DNA from: Bacteroidia bacterium
Lineage (GTDB): Bacteria > Bacteroidota > Bacteroidia > M30B66
Length of the DNA stretch: 64,000 nt
Direction of reading: 5' to 3'
Assembly (NCBI GenBank): GCA_965279035.1
Contig: OZ257142.1
Location: 2,816,001 to 2,880,000, forward strand
Positions within the stretch are counted from its first letter, which is position 1. Every line of letters begins with the position of its first letter. The position numbers and the translations under genes are program-made. Positions 40,633 through 49,787 of the stretch are shown piece after piece. The notes under the pieces were generated by a model. The model worked only from the letters and a program-made list of their open reading frames with translations. It was not told the origin of the DNA and ran no database searches.

Positions 40633-41021
40633 ACCCGTTGTGCGGTTAAAAATTAGAATTATTCGTCAAAACTATTTATCGCTTACCCAAATAATCAATA
40701 CTTATGTAATGCCTTTAGATTAAATTATTTAAATTAAAATTAGGTTTAGAAACGGATCAGTGTGGAGGCTATGTCTGGGCGGCGAGGGTGTGTTTCGACA
40801 TAGATGAGAAAAAAGCTTATCCGAGCAAAATGGTCGAAAAAAGGCCTTGAGCGTAAGCAGCATCGTCCAGACTTGACCTTCTTTGATTACTTTCTTGTGT
40901 CAAGACAAGAAAGTAATACGTCGTAGACAAACATGAATGATATAGTGACAAGAAGCATTAACAGTCTTATTTCATTGATTGATATAAAAAAAATAAATTG
41001 ATAATTCAACCGCACATCGGT
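40633..41021. mobile_element. Putative MITE / non-autonomous element with a structured GC-richer core
   Basis: Imperfect terminal IRs CCGTTGTGCGGTTAAA (40635-40650) and TTCAACCGCACATCGG (41005-41020), 14/16 match; flanking 9-bp direct repeat TGATTATAA (40624-40632, 41022-41030); no ORF in the track. Confidence 0.6.
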
Positions 41022-41043
41022 TGATTATAATGTTCTCAAATAA

Positions 41044-41751
41044 TTAATCAGCATAAAACTTATATCCTATGGTACCAAGAAAACAAACATTTTTATAACG
41101 CGGTGTTGGAGCATTATCCATTGTTGTATTTCTGAAAAAATCCCAGCTAGCACGCGCACTAAGAAACATATGCTTTAAGTTAATATCGGCTCCACAAATA
41201 AATCCAACATTATTCCTTCTTAAGGATTCATTTCTAAATACTTGCTCTTGTGTATAGCTCGAAAAGGAGGTTGTAAATTCATTGCGTTGTTTAAGCAAAT
41301 AGGAATATTGAAAACCAGCTAATAATGAAATAAATTCGGATGGTTTTACAACTACCTGTAAAGGAATATCCATAATCAATGAAGTTCTAGTAAAATTATA
41401 ATTACTAGCGAGCAACAATCCCGAACCTTTAAAACCCTTTTGAGACACTGCAATTTCGGGTTGAAAACCAATGTATTTAGTTACAGGGAAATGAATTAAA
41501 GCACCAGCAGTTAAAGCATATTTAGTTTCAGCTTGAAACTGATCACCTTGTCCTGCAAATACATCCGAAATGCACATACCTGCTTTCACTCCAAATTGCA
41601 ATTTTTCTCGATTATCTGTTGGTAAATTGTTCGTTCCGGTAGTTGAGCTAGTATTGGTATTCACTGTTATATTCGTCTTAGTTGAATCCTGTGCATTCAA
41701 ATGAAAGGAAACAACTAAAAGAAAAAATGAAAAGAGAAGATTAAGTTTCAT
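41044..41751 (-). CDS. Outer-membrane beta-barrel (porin family / PorT-like)
   Basis: Signal peptide, FGVKAG, FQPEI..SQKG, terminal GYKF. Confidence 0.85.
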   Translation of the reverse strand: MKLNLLFSFFLLVVSFHLNAQDSTKTNITVNTNTSSTTGTNNLPTDNREKLQFGVKAGMCISDVFAGQGDQFQAETKYALTAGALIHFPVTKYIGFQPEIAVSQKGFKGSGLLLASNYNFTRTSLIMDIPLQVVVKPSEFISLLAGFQYSYLLKQRNEFTTSFSSYTQEQVFRNESLRRNNVGFICGADINLKHMFLSARASWDFFRNTTMDNAPTPRYKNVCFLGTIGYKFYAD

Positions 41752-41840
41752 ACGTAGAGTCTTTGGTTTTAGTTTAATGAAGAATTCATATTATTTTGAA
41801 TTATTTCAATAAACAAAACTGCACATTTGACACAACAGAT

Positions 41841-41874
41841 GACTTACACAATTCGGAATTAGACTTACATAATT
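41841..41874. promoter_or_regulatory. 13-bp direct repeat with 21-bp period, candidate regulator site
   Basis: GACTTACACAATT at 41841 and GACTTACATAATT at 41862, upstream of the beta-barrel gene. Confidence 0.55.
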
Positions 41875-41893
41875 TAATTGATAGGAATACATT

Positions 41894-43564
41894 TTATTTT
41901 CTTCTAGATTGTATATTCTTACCTAAGTTTATTTTCTTTTCACCAAGAAGCGCTTGAGATATTCCACTAATAATTGCTTGAGATGCATAATGTAAAAAAT
42001 AGCGTGAAGTGTCTCTTGTTGCACTTATATTACTTGTTCTTAAAAATCCTGATTGATCAGGATTTCGAACCTGAACAACCAGTTTATTTAGGAAGAATGA
42101 TGATAATTTCTTATGCATGATTGATTCTTTCTTGTGCCCTTTTAAATTATCTACGTTTAAATTATGATAGTTGAATGTCATTTTCCCACGAGCTACTTTC
42201 TCTCCTGCATGAAAATGGAAAGAAACACCATCGATATTACCTTGAGTAAATTGAATATTTAATGTATTTCGAACTAGCCCATTAAAGGCTGAAAAAGGCA
42301 TATTTCCTAAAGATCCATTGCAATCAAATGTTTTATTATTCTTTCCATAAGGGAAGATAAATTCCATGTTCAATTTTCCCGTATTCATAATTTGTGCATC
42401 CATATTTAATCGAATGAGTACTAATGAATTATCATTTGGATAATCAGATTTAAAATCATGAATGGCTATATTCATTTTATTCAAAAAGAGTTCACCCGGC
42501 TTTGATTGTTTAGGTGCAATCACACGAAAATGTGCAGATGCATTTTTAACAAATAGTGATTCGATTGATAATTGAATTGGAATATTTCGAATAATCTCCT
42601 GGAGTGTTAAACATGTTTTTGGAATAATTTTAATGTTATTATCTCTGTATGCTTCAATTATACCATCATTCAAATGAAGCTCCTTTAAATGAAGTTTTGC
42701 ATTTTCATTCATCAAATGCAATGGATTAAATCCAGAACAAATTATTTTGGGAATATGAATGGACGTGTAGGTTGATTGCCGGCCAGCTTTATCTCCAAAT
42801 TCTTCTGGTTCATAGATTGGATCTAAATTTAGAGAGTCGATGATAAGTAATGAGTCTAAATAATTAAAAGAAATTGAATTGCTTTTTAACGTATATAAAT
42901 CACTTTTAATTGGAAATTGAAAATGATTCAATTGAACATTAAATTTTGAAAATCCAAATTCAGGACTTAATAATGTATCATGAATCTTATAGTTAATATT
43001 CTGGATATCCAATTTAAATTGAGCTTCTGAAAGAGATTGATTCAGTTCGGTTCTAGCACCAATAATCTGCATTAGAATATTTTCAACATAAATCGAATTG
43101 ATAGAAATAGACTGAATTTGAGAATCAGAATTCTGTTTATTTTTCTCAAATGAATGATTAATTGGTTTCGAATTTATTTGTTTAGGAGATATGAATATTT
43201 GAGGATTCTTAAATAGTATTTTATCTATTCGAAGAGATTTGCTAGACCAAAAAGTAAATAAATTCAAATCAGTAAAACGAATACGATCTGCTTTAAAATC
43301 AATGGAATTAAATGAATGATCATCCTTATTAGTAGGCTTAAATGAAATCTTATTAAGATTAATTGATGATGATAAATACTGTATATCAATATCTTCAATA
43401 TCTAATTTATAATTTCCTTTGCTACGTTGATCAACTAATTCAACTAACTCATTTATGATTCTTTTTTTAATATATGAATGAATAAAAAATAAACTACCTA
43501 TAAATAAAATACAAAATAGGACTAACAAAAAAATAATTCGATGATATTTAGTTTTAGATTTCAT
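41894..43564 (-). CDS. AsmA/DUF748-like N-terminally anchored protein
   Basis: N-terminal TM helix, long beta-rich body, G.MTFNYHNL motif. Confidence 0.65.
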   Translation of the reverse strand: MKSKTKYHRIIFLLVLFCILFIGSLFFIHSYIKKRIINELVELVDQRSKGNYKLDIEDIDIQYLSSSINLNKISFKPTNKDDHSFNSIDFKADRIRFTDLNLFTFWSSKSLRIDKILFKNPQIFISPKQINSKPINHSFEKNKQNSDSQIQSISINSIYVENILMQIIGARTELNQSLSEAQFKLDIQNINYKIHDTLLSPEFGFSKFNVQLNHFQFPIKSDLYTLKSNSISFNYLDSLLIIDSLNLDPIYEPEEFGDKAGRQSTYTSIHIPKIICSGFNPLHLMNENAKLHLKELHLNDGIIEAYRDNNIKIIPKTCLTLQEIIRNIPIQLSIESLFVKNASAHFRVIAPKQSKPGELFLNKMNIAIHDFKSDYPNDNSLVLIRLNMDAQIMNTGKLNMEFIFPYGKNNKTFDCNGSLGNMPFSAFNGLVRNTLNIQFTQGNIDGVSFHFHAGEKVARGKMTFNYHNLNVDNLKGHKKESIMHKKLSSFFLNKLVVQVRNPDQSGFLRTSNISATRDTSRYFLHYASQAIISGISQALLGEKKINLGKNIQSRRK

Positions 43565-43802
43565 TCATGTTAAAATAAACAGAATTACCGACAATATAAT
43601 TATAAGAAATTTAATATTCCTTATATAATTCACATTTCTTAAAACACAATCAAGATTTGATATAAATATAAGGTAGAAATAAATTATACGTGAAAAAAAC
43701 CCGATTAAAAACAGGAAAATTCACGGTCATTTCAAAGCTATTCACACTAGCTTGGAATTAAAATAAAGCTATTTTTATTTTAAAATAATCATTTAACAAT
43801 CT

Positions 43803-44840
43803 ATGAAAACAATCCGTATTCTTTCAATCGACGGTGGTGGCCTTCGGGGCGTAGTTCCACTTACCATTTTATCTGATATTCAACGAAGAATCCCCAATGC
43901 TCCAGAGCTTTGGAAATGTTTCGACCTTATTGCAGGAACTTCAACAGGAGGTTTAATAACTTCTGCCATGACCTTAGGTGATCGATCTACTGGAAAAGCC
44001 AAGTACACATTAAACGATATACTCAATGTATACATTAATAGAGGACATGAAATTTTTCCACATCATAATGTAATTGGGAATTTATTCCATAAAATAAAAG
44101 ATATCGCAAGACCAACATTTGATGATGATGGAATTGCAAAAGTATTTCGCGATGTAGTTGGAAATAGTAAAATTTCGGATTGCTTAACGAATATTTTGGT
44201 TAGTACCTATGATTTGAATAATAATATGCCTTTATTTTTTAAGTCGATCGACCATTTAGAAAACCCTGCATTGGATGCGGAATTATATAATATATGCCGT
44301 GCCACTTCGGCTGGTCCAACTTATTTACCAACGTATCGTTTTAATTATCCTAAAAATCCAGACAAAGAACTTCCTCATCGAAATTGTATCGATGGTGGTG
44401 TGTATGTGAATAATCCTTCCATGGCAGCACTATCCGAATTCATTAAGAATTTCAAACATTACGATCCAAGCATTGAGAAAAAGGAAGATATACATTATGA
44501 TAATATTTTTGTCCTTTCTATAGGTACAGGAACGTATTCAAGCTCTATTAAAGACGATGAAAGTGCCAATAAAGGAGAAATTTATTGGGCCAAAAATATC
44601 AGTGATATTATGATGCGCGGTGTGAATAAAACAACACACTATGAAATGTCGGAAATGATGGAAGAAGGAAATTATTTACGACTGACAATCAATATCGACA
44701 ATGAAGAACATGCTGATATGAGTAATTCAAGCCAAGAAACAATCGATTATTTAATCAATGCAACACAAACACAAGTGCTTCAGGATACAAAACTTATGAA
44801 TGATTTGGAAGCATTTTTAACGAAAAGTGGTTTAAAATAA
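43803..44840 (+). CDS. Patatin-like phospholipase
   Basis: SIDGGGLRG, GTSTG nucleophile, SAGPTY, DGGV..NNP. Confidence 0.93.
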   Translation: MKTIRILSIDGGGLRGVVPLTILSDIQRRIPNAPELWKCFDLIAGTSTGGLITSAMTLGDRSTGKAKYTLNDILNVYINRGHEIFPHHNVIGNLFHKIKDIARPTFDDDGIAKVFRDVVGNSKISDCLTNILVSTYDLNNNMPLFFKSIDHLENPALDAELYNICRATSAGPTYLPTYRFNYPKNPDKELPHRNCIDGGVYVNNPSMAALSEFIKNFKHYDPSIEKKEDIHYDNIFVLSIGTGTYSSSIKDDESANKGEIYWAKNISDIMMRGVNKTTHYEMSEMMEEGNYLRLTINIDNEEHADMSNSSQETIDYLINATQTQVLQDTKLMNDLEAFLTKSGLK

Positions 44841-44848
44841 TGCCCGAT

Positions 44849-44891
44849 AAATTAAAGGTTGCTTTGTATAAAACGAAGCAGCCTTTAATTT
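44849..44891. terminator. Bidirectional terminator
   Basis: AAATTAAAGGTTGCTTTG...CGAAGCAGCCTTTAATTT between convergent genes. Confidence 0.8.
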
Positions 44892-44911
44892 TTAAGTCTC
44901 AATAGAATATT

Positions 44912-45487
44912 TTAATGAACCTCTTTGGTTTGTTTTGTTTCCGCCCCATTCAATTCTCTAAATGTTCCAATAATTTTCGACATATCAGACGAATGTTCAT
45001 TCTTCTTATCTTTCAACGTCCACAATAATACTTGATAATAGTGGCTTTTACCTTCCACTAATGCGTATTTAAAATAAGCATCTACTTTATTCGAAATCGC
45101 ATCATATTCAACCAATTTCGCTTTCAAATTGTGAATAGTTGTGTCTCGTTTTTCAGATTGATAACTTACTTCAACATTTGATTCGAAATTATCTAAAATT
45201 AATTTTGAATAACCATCCAAATTATTCTCATACAATCCTTGCAATGCATTATTATCCAATGCTTTTTGCATTTCATCTTTCGATTCATCAATTATTATAA
45301 TATAAAATTCTTTGAGTATATTTTTATATTGTAATGAAGCATTCTCATTCAAATCAGTTGAAACACTCAAGAAATCAGGCAAATCAATAGCATATTGATT
45401 CTTCACTTTTACCTCCTGCATTTTTGTAGCTTGATTACAAGAAAACAGAAATAAAATGCCAATAGAAACACTCAAATACTTGATCAT
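44912..45487 (-). CDS. Hypothetical lipoprotein (PsbP/Mog1-like fold possible)
   Basis: LFSC lipobox; YAIDLP..L, YYQVLLWT. Confidence 0.75.
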   Translation of the reverse strand: MIKYLSVSIGILFLFSCNQATKMQEVKVKNQYAIDLPDFLSVSTDLNENASLQYKNILKEFYIIIIDESKDEMQKALDNNALQGLYENNLDGYSKLILDNFESNVEVSYQSEKRDTTIHNLKAKLVEYDAISNKVDAYFKYALVEGKSHYYQVLLWTLKDKKNEHSSDMSKIIGTFRELNGAETKQTKEVH

Positions 45488-45621
45488 TTTTATTCAATTA
45501 AAAATCTGTTTCAATATTAATCATAATTGACGAAAACTAAAACGTGCATTTGAAATTTCTAAATTTCTTTGCCTTGATTCATAAACAAGATCATAGGTTA
45601 AAGTAATTATGTTGAATATTT

Positions 45622-45703
45622 GGGCAGCATTCGCGCTTTACGCTGTACTCCGCGCCACCCTTTGCCAGCCTTTGGCGTGGTACACGCTTCAATCGCTGCT
45701 GCT
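45622..45703 (+). ncRNA. Flavo-1-like structured RNA/repeat
   Basis: GC-rich island GGGCAGC..GCGCTTTACGCTGTAC-(stem)-GTACACGCTTCAATCGCTGCTGC; resembles my recollection of the Flavo-1 motif layout. Confidence 0.55.
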
Positions 45704-45878
45704 TAATTGATGCATGGAAAATCCTTAAACGATTGAAATATTGAAACGAATCTAAATGACACAAACACCTTGATTTATGAGAGATTCATAAACATGATTC
45801 ATTCCTGATTTTAGATTTTATTCGAGTGGATTATCCCAATAAACTCAATTACATTTGCATATACTGCTATTCAATAAA

Positions 45879-46592
45879 ATGAAAAGGCTCATAAAAAAAC
45901 TAGTACTTACTGAAAATCCCAAATCCTTATCTTCATCGAATGGAATAATAACTAAACGTATTCAAAACATCCGTGGCATTTGGAATAATGAACACCATGA
46001 TGATGTTGGAATTGAAAAACTATTTCGCTTAGTGTTAGCTACATCGCAATTCATTTTCCCCGGATTGTATGTGAAACATTTTTTTTCCAAGCAAGGCAGC
46101 GATTTCCAAGATTTAGCCATGGATTTTTATATCCTCGGCAAAGTTGTTTTACCAGTTACACTGTTGTATTTCTCCAATTGGATTCCCTATCCTATTTCAA
46201 TTTACATCATCATTTGGTTCCTATTAGAAACGCTCTTATACATTCCCACATTAATCTTTGCATCCGATTTCTTTTCTCGCCCTAGCTCCTATCGGCGTTC
46301 GATGCTTATGTTATTTTTTAATTACCTGGAAATTGCATTTGCTTACGCCTATATCTATTCCTGTGGAAATTATTTAAATCAAGCGTTCGAACATTGGTAC
46401 GATCCTATTTATTTCAGCATGGTGATATTATCTACAATCGGATTAGGTGAATATTACCCAATCACCGGAATTGGAAAACTACTTGTTTGTTCTCAATCGG
46501 TTATATTCTTAATGTTTGTTGTTTTATTCATCAATTTCTTTTCAAATAAAGTTGAAAGTCGTGGGTATTTCGATCATTCAAATAAAGATTAA
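45879..46592 (+). CDS. Ion-channel (two-TM pore, Ion_trans_2-like) membrane protein
   Basis: PIYFSMVILSTIGLGEYYPITGIGK pore loop; TACATTTG promoter element at 45850 favours ATG 45879. Confidence 0.8.
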   Translation: MKRLIKKLVLTENPKSLSSSNGIITKRIQNIRGIWNNEHHDDVGIEKLFRLVLATSQFIFPGLYVKHFFSKQGSDFQDLAMDFYILGKVVLPVTLLYFSNWIPYPISIYIIIWFLLETLLYIPTLIFASDFFSRPSSYRRSMLMLFFNYLEIAFAYAYIYSCGNYLNQAFEHWYDPIYFSMVILSTIGLGEYYPITGIGKLLVCSQSVIFLMFVVLFINFFSNKVESRGYFDHSNKD

Positions 46593-46642
46593 TTTGAATG
46601 GTTGAATTAAAATGAACGTAGTGAAAACAACAATTCAAAAAT

Positions 46643-48001
46643 TTAATTTTTCAAAATCCGGAATGTTCTCGAATCTGCTTTGGTCGATTTAACTTGAACG
46701 AAATACATTCCTTGATTCCAATAGTGTGTATCCAATTCTAGTGAAGTTGAATTTCCAGTAATTGATTCCAATTGCTGTCCAATACTAGAAAATACACACA
46801 CATTCCATGTTACATCTTGGGGCAAATTTTGAATACTCAAATGATCATTAAATGGTACAGGAAAAACACGAATTGATTTAAAATTGGAAGCAGGTTCAAT
46901 TCCTTGAATCGTGTTTTTAAATAATCGAATATAATCGACTTCCATTGTTGCAGGAAACACCGTTGTTGCATCTGGATTTCCTGGCCAATTACCACCAACA
47001 GCCACATTTAGAAGAAAGAAAAATGGTTTCGTAAAAATGGGAGTCGCATTTTGATAATTCGAATATTCGAATTCATAATAAGGCATACTATCAAGAAGAA
47101 ATTGTACGCTTACTTCATCCCAAATTATACCGTAAACATGAAAATCTTGCTCAATCATCGGCACAGAACTGCCTTTGTATGAATGCCCTGTTCCATTATA
47201 CCAATGCATGGTTCCATTCGTAAGCGATTCATTATTGATGTGTTCCATTATATCAATTTCGCCACATTGAGGCCAACCTACGTTTTCGTAATTCGCACCT
47301 AACATCCAGAATGCAGGCCAAATGCCTTGACCAATTGGAGCTTTTATTCGCGCTTCAATTTTACCGTATTGCACTTCCTGCAAATTATTACTTATAATGC
47401 GAGCTGATGAATAATCGCTGCCATTACTGTTTTCATTCCTCGCAGTAATTTTTAATGATCCATTACTTAATTCAATGTTCGATGGCGAATTGGTATAATT
47501 CTGCAATTCATTATTTCCCCATCCACTATTGCCAATCTCATAGCTCCAATTGTTGGAATTGAGCTGAGTTCCTTCAAATTCTTCCGACCAAACTTGATTC
47601 CATACTAGCGTATTCTCAGAAAGACAATCTGAGCACAAACCCCAACATACTGTATTTAAAATAACATCGGAAGTAACAGTTAATGTTCGATTACTAAACG
47701 TTCCATTCGTAATGGTACATCCTCCGGCATCGGATAGATTTTCTTGTCCAGTCCAACTATCAAATGAAAATTTATATTCGTAAGTACCTGAAGGTATTGA
47801 AATAGTTGTTTCCCAAATTCCATCTCCATTCGCATCCGATAGTGCATTGCAGTTGCCACACCAATTATTAAATGTTCCATTTACTTCGGGCAATGTAAAT
47901 CCCGAATATCCGCGCATGTTTAGTCGAAACGTTACTTGAAACGCATCACTATGAAATGGAAATAAAAACAACAGCGAAAATAGAAGAAAGCGAAATTTCA
48001 T
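46643..48001 (-). CDS. GH16 beta-glucanase (laminarinase-like) with N-terminal CBM-like module and T9SS CTD
   Basis: WPAFWMLG, GEIDIME catalytic motif; GTFNNW..YEYKF module; FPVP CTD. Confidence 0.9.
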   Translation of the reverse strand: MKFRFLLFSLLFLFPFHSDAFQVTFRLNMRGYSGFTLPEVNGTFNNWCGNCNALSDANGDGIWETTISIPSGTYEYKFSFDSWTGQENLSDAGGCTITNGTFSNRTLTVTSDVILNTVCWGLCSDCLSENTLVWNQVWSEEFEGTQLNSNNWSYEIGNSGWGNNELQNYTNSPSNIELSNGSLKITARNENSNGSDYSSARIISNNLQEVQYGKIEARIKAPIGQGIWPAFWMLGANYENVGWPQCGEIDIMEHINNESLTNGTMHWYNGTGHSYKGSSVPMIEQDFHVYGIIWDEVSVQFLLDSMPYYEFEYSNYQNATPIFTKPFFFLLNVAVGGNWPGNPDATTVFPATMEVDYIRLFKNTIQGIEPASNFKSIRVFPVPFNDHLSIQNLPQDVTWNVCVFSSIGQQLESITGNSTSLELDTHYWNQGMYFVQVKSTKADSRTFRILKN

Positions 48002-48061
48002 AGAATAGAGCTTTGAAGCGAATATAGTAATTGTAAGCTCTACAATAAGTCCCTAGACCTA

Positions 48062-49618
48062 TTATTTTAAAAATACTTGACGAGTACTTTTTATGGTTCC
48101 ATTTACTTTTAATTGTAAACTATAAATTCCAGAATTTAATCCTAGTTCTTTTAAATCAATTTGCTCCACGTATTTGCCATAATCACGATGCTCATTTTTC
48201 ATAAATGATTTTTGAAGTTTTCCAGTCATATCATATAAATCCAAATCGAGAAGCGATGGACCGCGCAACTTGAATGAAACATAAACGAAATCGGAAGATG
48301 GATTGGGATAGTTTTCAAAAGAAAGTTTACCCAGATCCTTGGATTTGTTTGAATTAGTAATAATGTCCTGATAGCTGATTTTATGTGTCCAAATACTTAA
48401 TTGTCCATTATGTTGACGAGTCCAAATAGGCCGAACAATGCCATTGTGAGCAGTGATATTGGTATAATCGCCAAAAAACACCGAACTAATTGGATTGAAG
48501 GGTGATTCAGAAATGCGTTGATTGATAAATGTTGATCCACCGTCGTTCGATACTGCTAAATAAACATCGGTTGTATCGTCTGTATAATCGCGGCGATCGT
48601 AGAAAACGAAAAACAAATTCCCAGTAGTTTGATCAATCGTCATCCAAGTAAAAAATTGATTTCGGGTAGAAGTATCTGTATTAACGCGCGTTGGGCTACT
48701 CCATGAATTTCCACCATCGTCGGAGCGAACCAACCAGATATCGGTATTTTCAGTCCCATTGCGTTGATCTGACCAATTGATATAAATCGTTCCGCTGTTC
48801 GGTCCAGCACTTAAATCGCAGGTGATGACAGGCAATCCATTGACCCTTTCAAAGCCCGAAATGGTATAATTCCAACCACCGGGAATATCGCTGACAAAAA
48901 TTTCTTCATCTAACCATGTTTCACCTTGATCGAAAGAACGATTAAATACAATTCCATTAGGACCTGCCCATGAAACATAAATTTCCCCATTGGGTCCAAC
49001 AACAGGAATAGCACCTTCGACGGTATTGTCGCTATCGAGGCAATCTCCTGCTTGTTTGTTAATACGGTTAGGTGTTGTCCAAGTTAAACCCCCATCGAAG
49101 GATTTTGAAAAAAGAATGATGCTGCTATCGGTTGTAATTGTGCTATTGTATTGATCAAATTGTGTCCAAGTAAGGTACATGATGTTGTTGGTTCGGTCGA
49201 CGCAGCACCATTGTTTGTCTTGTTTTTTGGTGCTATTTAATCCTATAAAACTCCCGTTATTCCAGGTGGTTCCATTGTCGCTTGTTTTTTGACACACAAT
49301 ACGATCTATCCAAGTATTTCCGCCGCTTGGGTTAGATAAATGGAAGAAATAGAAATCACCGGCAGTATCAACAACAAGGCAGGGATCTCCCCAAACACCA
49401 TAGCTAGAACTGAGTGTATGATGAGTCCATGTTGAGCCGGTATCGTTACTCAAATAATAATTATTCAAATTAGCTCCAGCCACCAATACATTGGGGTGAT
49501 TGGGATCCATGATAATGGATGGTTCGTTTGGATTGTTGGTATTGGAAATTAAAACGTTTTGCGATTGTAACTGAGCAATAATACAAACACACATTGCGCA
49601 GAGTATAAAACGGACCAT
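48062..49618 (-). CDS. BNR/Asp-box sialidase-like protein with T9SS CTD
   Basis: Repeated SxDxGxTW Asp-boxes, DKQW, FFGDY; YPNPS CTD. Confidence 0.85.
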   Translation of the reverse strand: MVRFILCAMCVCIIAQLQSQNVLISNTNNPNEPSIIMDPNHPNVLVAGANLNNYYLSNDTGSTWTHHTLSSSYGVWGDPCLVVDTAGDFYFFHLSNPSGGNTWIDRIVCQKTSDNGTTWNNGSFIGLNSTKKQDKQWCCVDRTNNIMYLTWTQFDQYNSTITTDSSIILFSKSFDGGLTWTTPNRINKQAGDCLDSDNTVEGAIPVVGPNGEIYVSWAGPNGIVFNRSFDQGETWLDEEIFVSDIPGGWNYTISGFERVNGLPVITCDLSAGPNSGTIYINWSDQRNGTENTDIWLVRSDDGGNSWSSPTRVNTDTSTRNQFFTWMTIDQTTGNLFFVFYDRRDYTDDTTDVYLAVSNDGGSTFINQRISESPFNPISSVFFGDYTNITAHNGIVRPIWTRQHNGQLSIWTHKISYQDIITNSNKSKDLGKLSFENYPNPSSDFVYVSFKLRGPSLLDLDLYDMTGKLQKSFMKNEHRDYGKYVEQIDLKELGLNSGIYSLQLKVNGTIKSTRQVFLK

Positions 49619-49670
49619 TTGCAAAAGAAAATAGGAAATGGAAAGGTAGTTTTTGTTCAGCAAAGAACAA

Positions 49671-49734
49671 GCATGAGCGATAGCAATGGAATATATAGCG
49701 CGCTTGCCGCAGCTTTTGCGAAGGCAACATGCCC
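49671..49734 (-). ncRNA. Second, shorter Flavo-1-like structured repeat
   Basis: Reverse complement GGGCATG-TTGCC..GGCAA-GCGCGCTATAT..GCTATCGCTCATGC shares GGGCA..GCGCT..ATCGCT..TGC with 45622-45703. Confidence 0.45.
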
Positions 49735-49787
49735 TGAAAATAAAAAAGCCCTAGATTTCTCTGAGGCTTCTTCAAAATTTACTTGAA

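Noticed and set aside
43803-45487. CBASS operon
   Set aside because: No CD-NTase or Cap2/Cap3 neighbours; the patatin is followed by a terminator.
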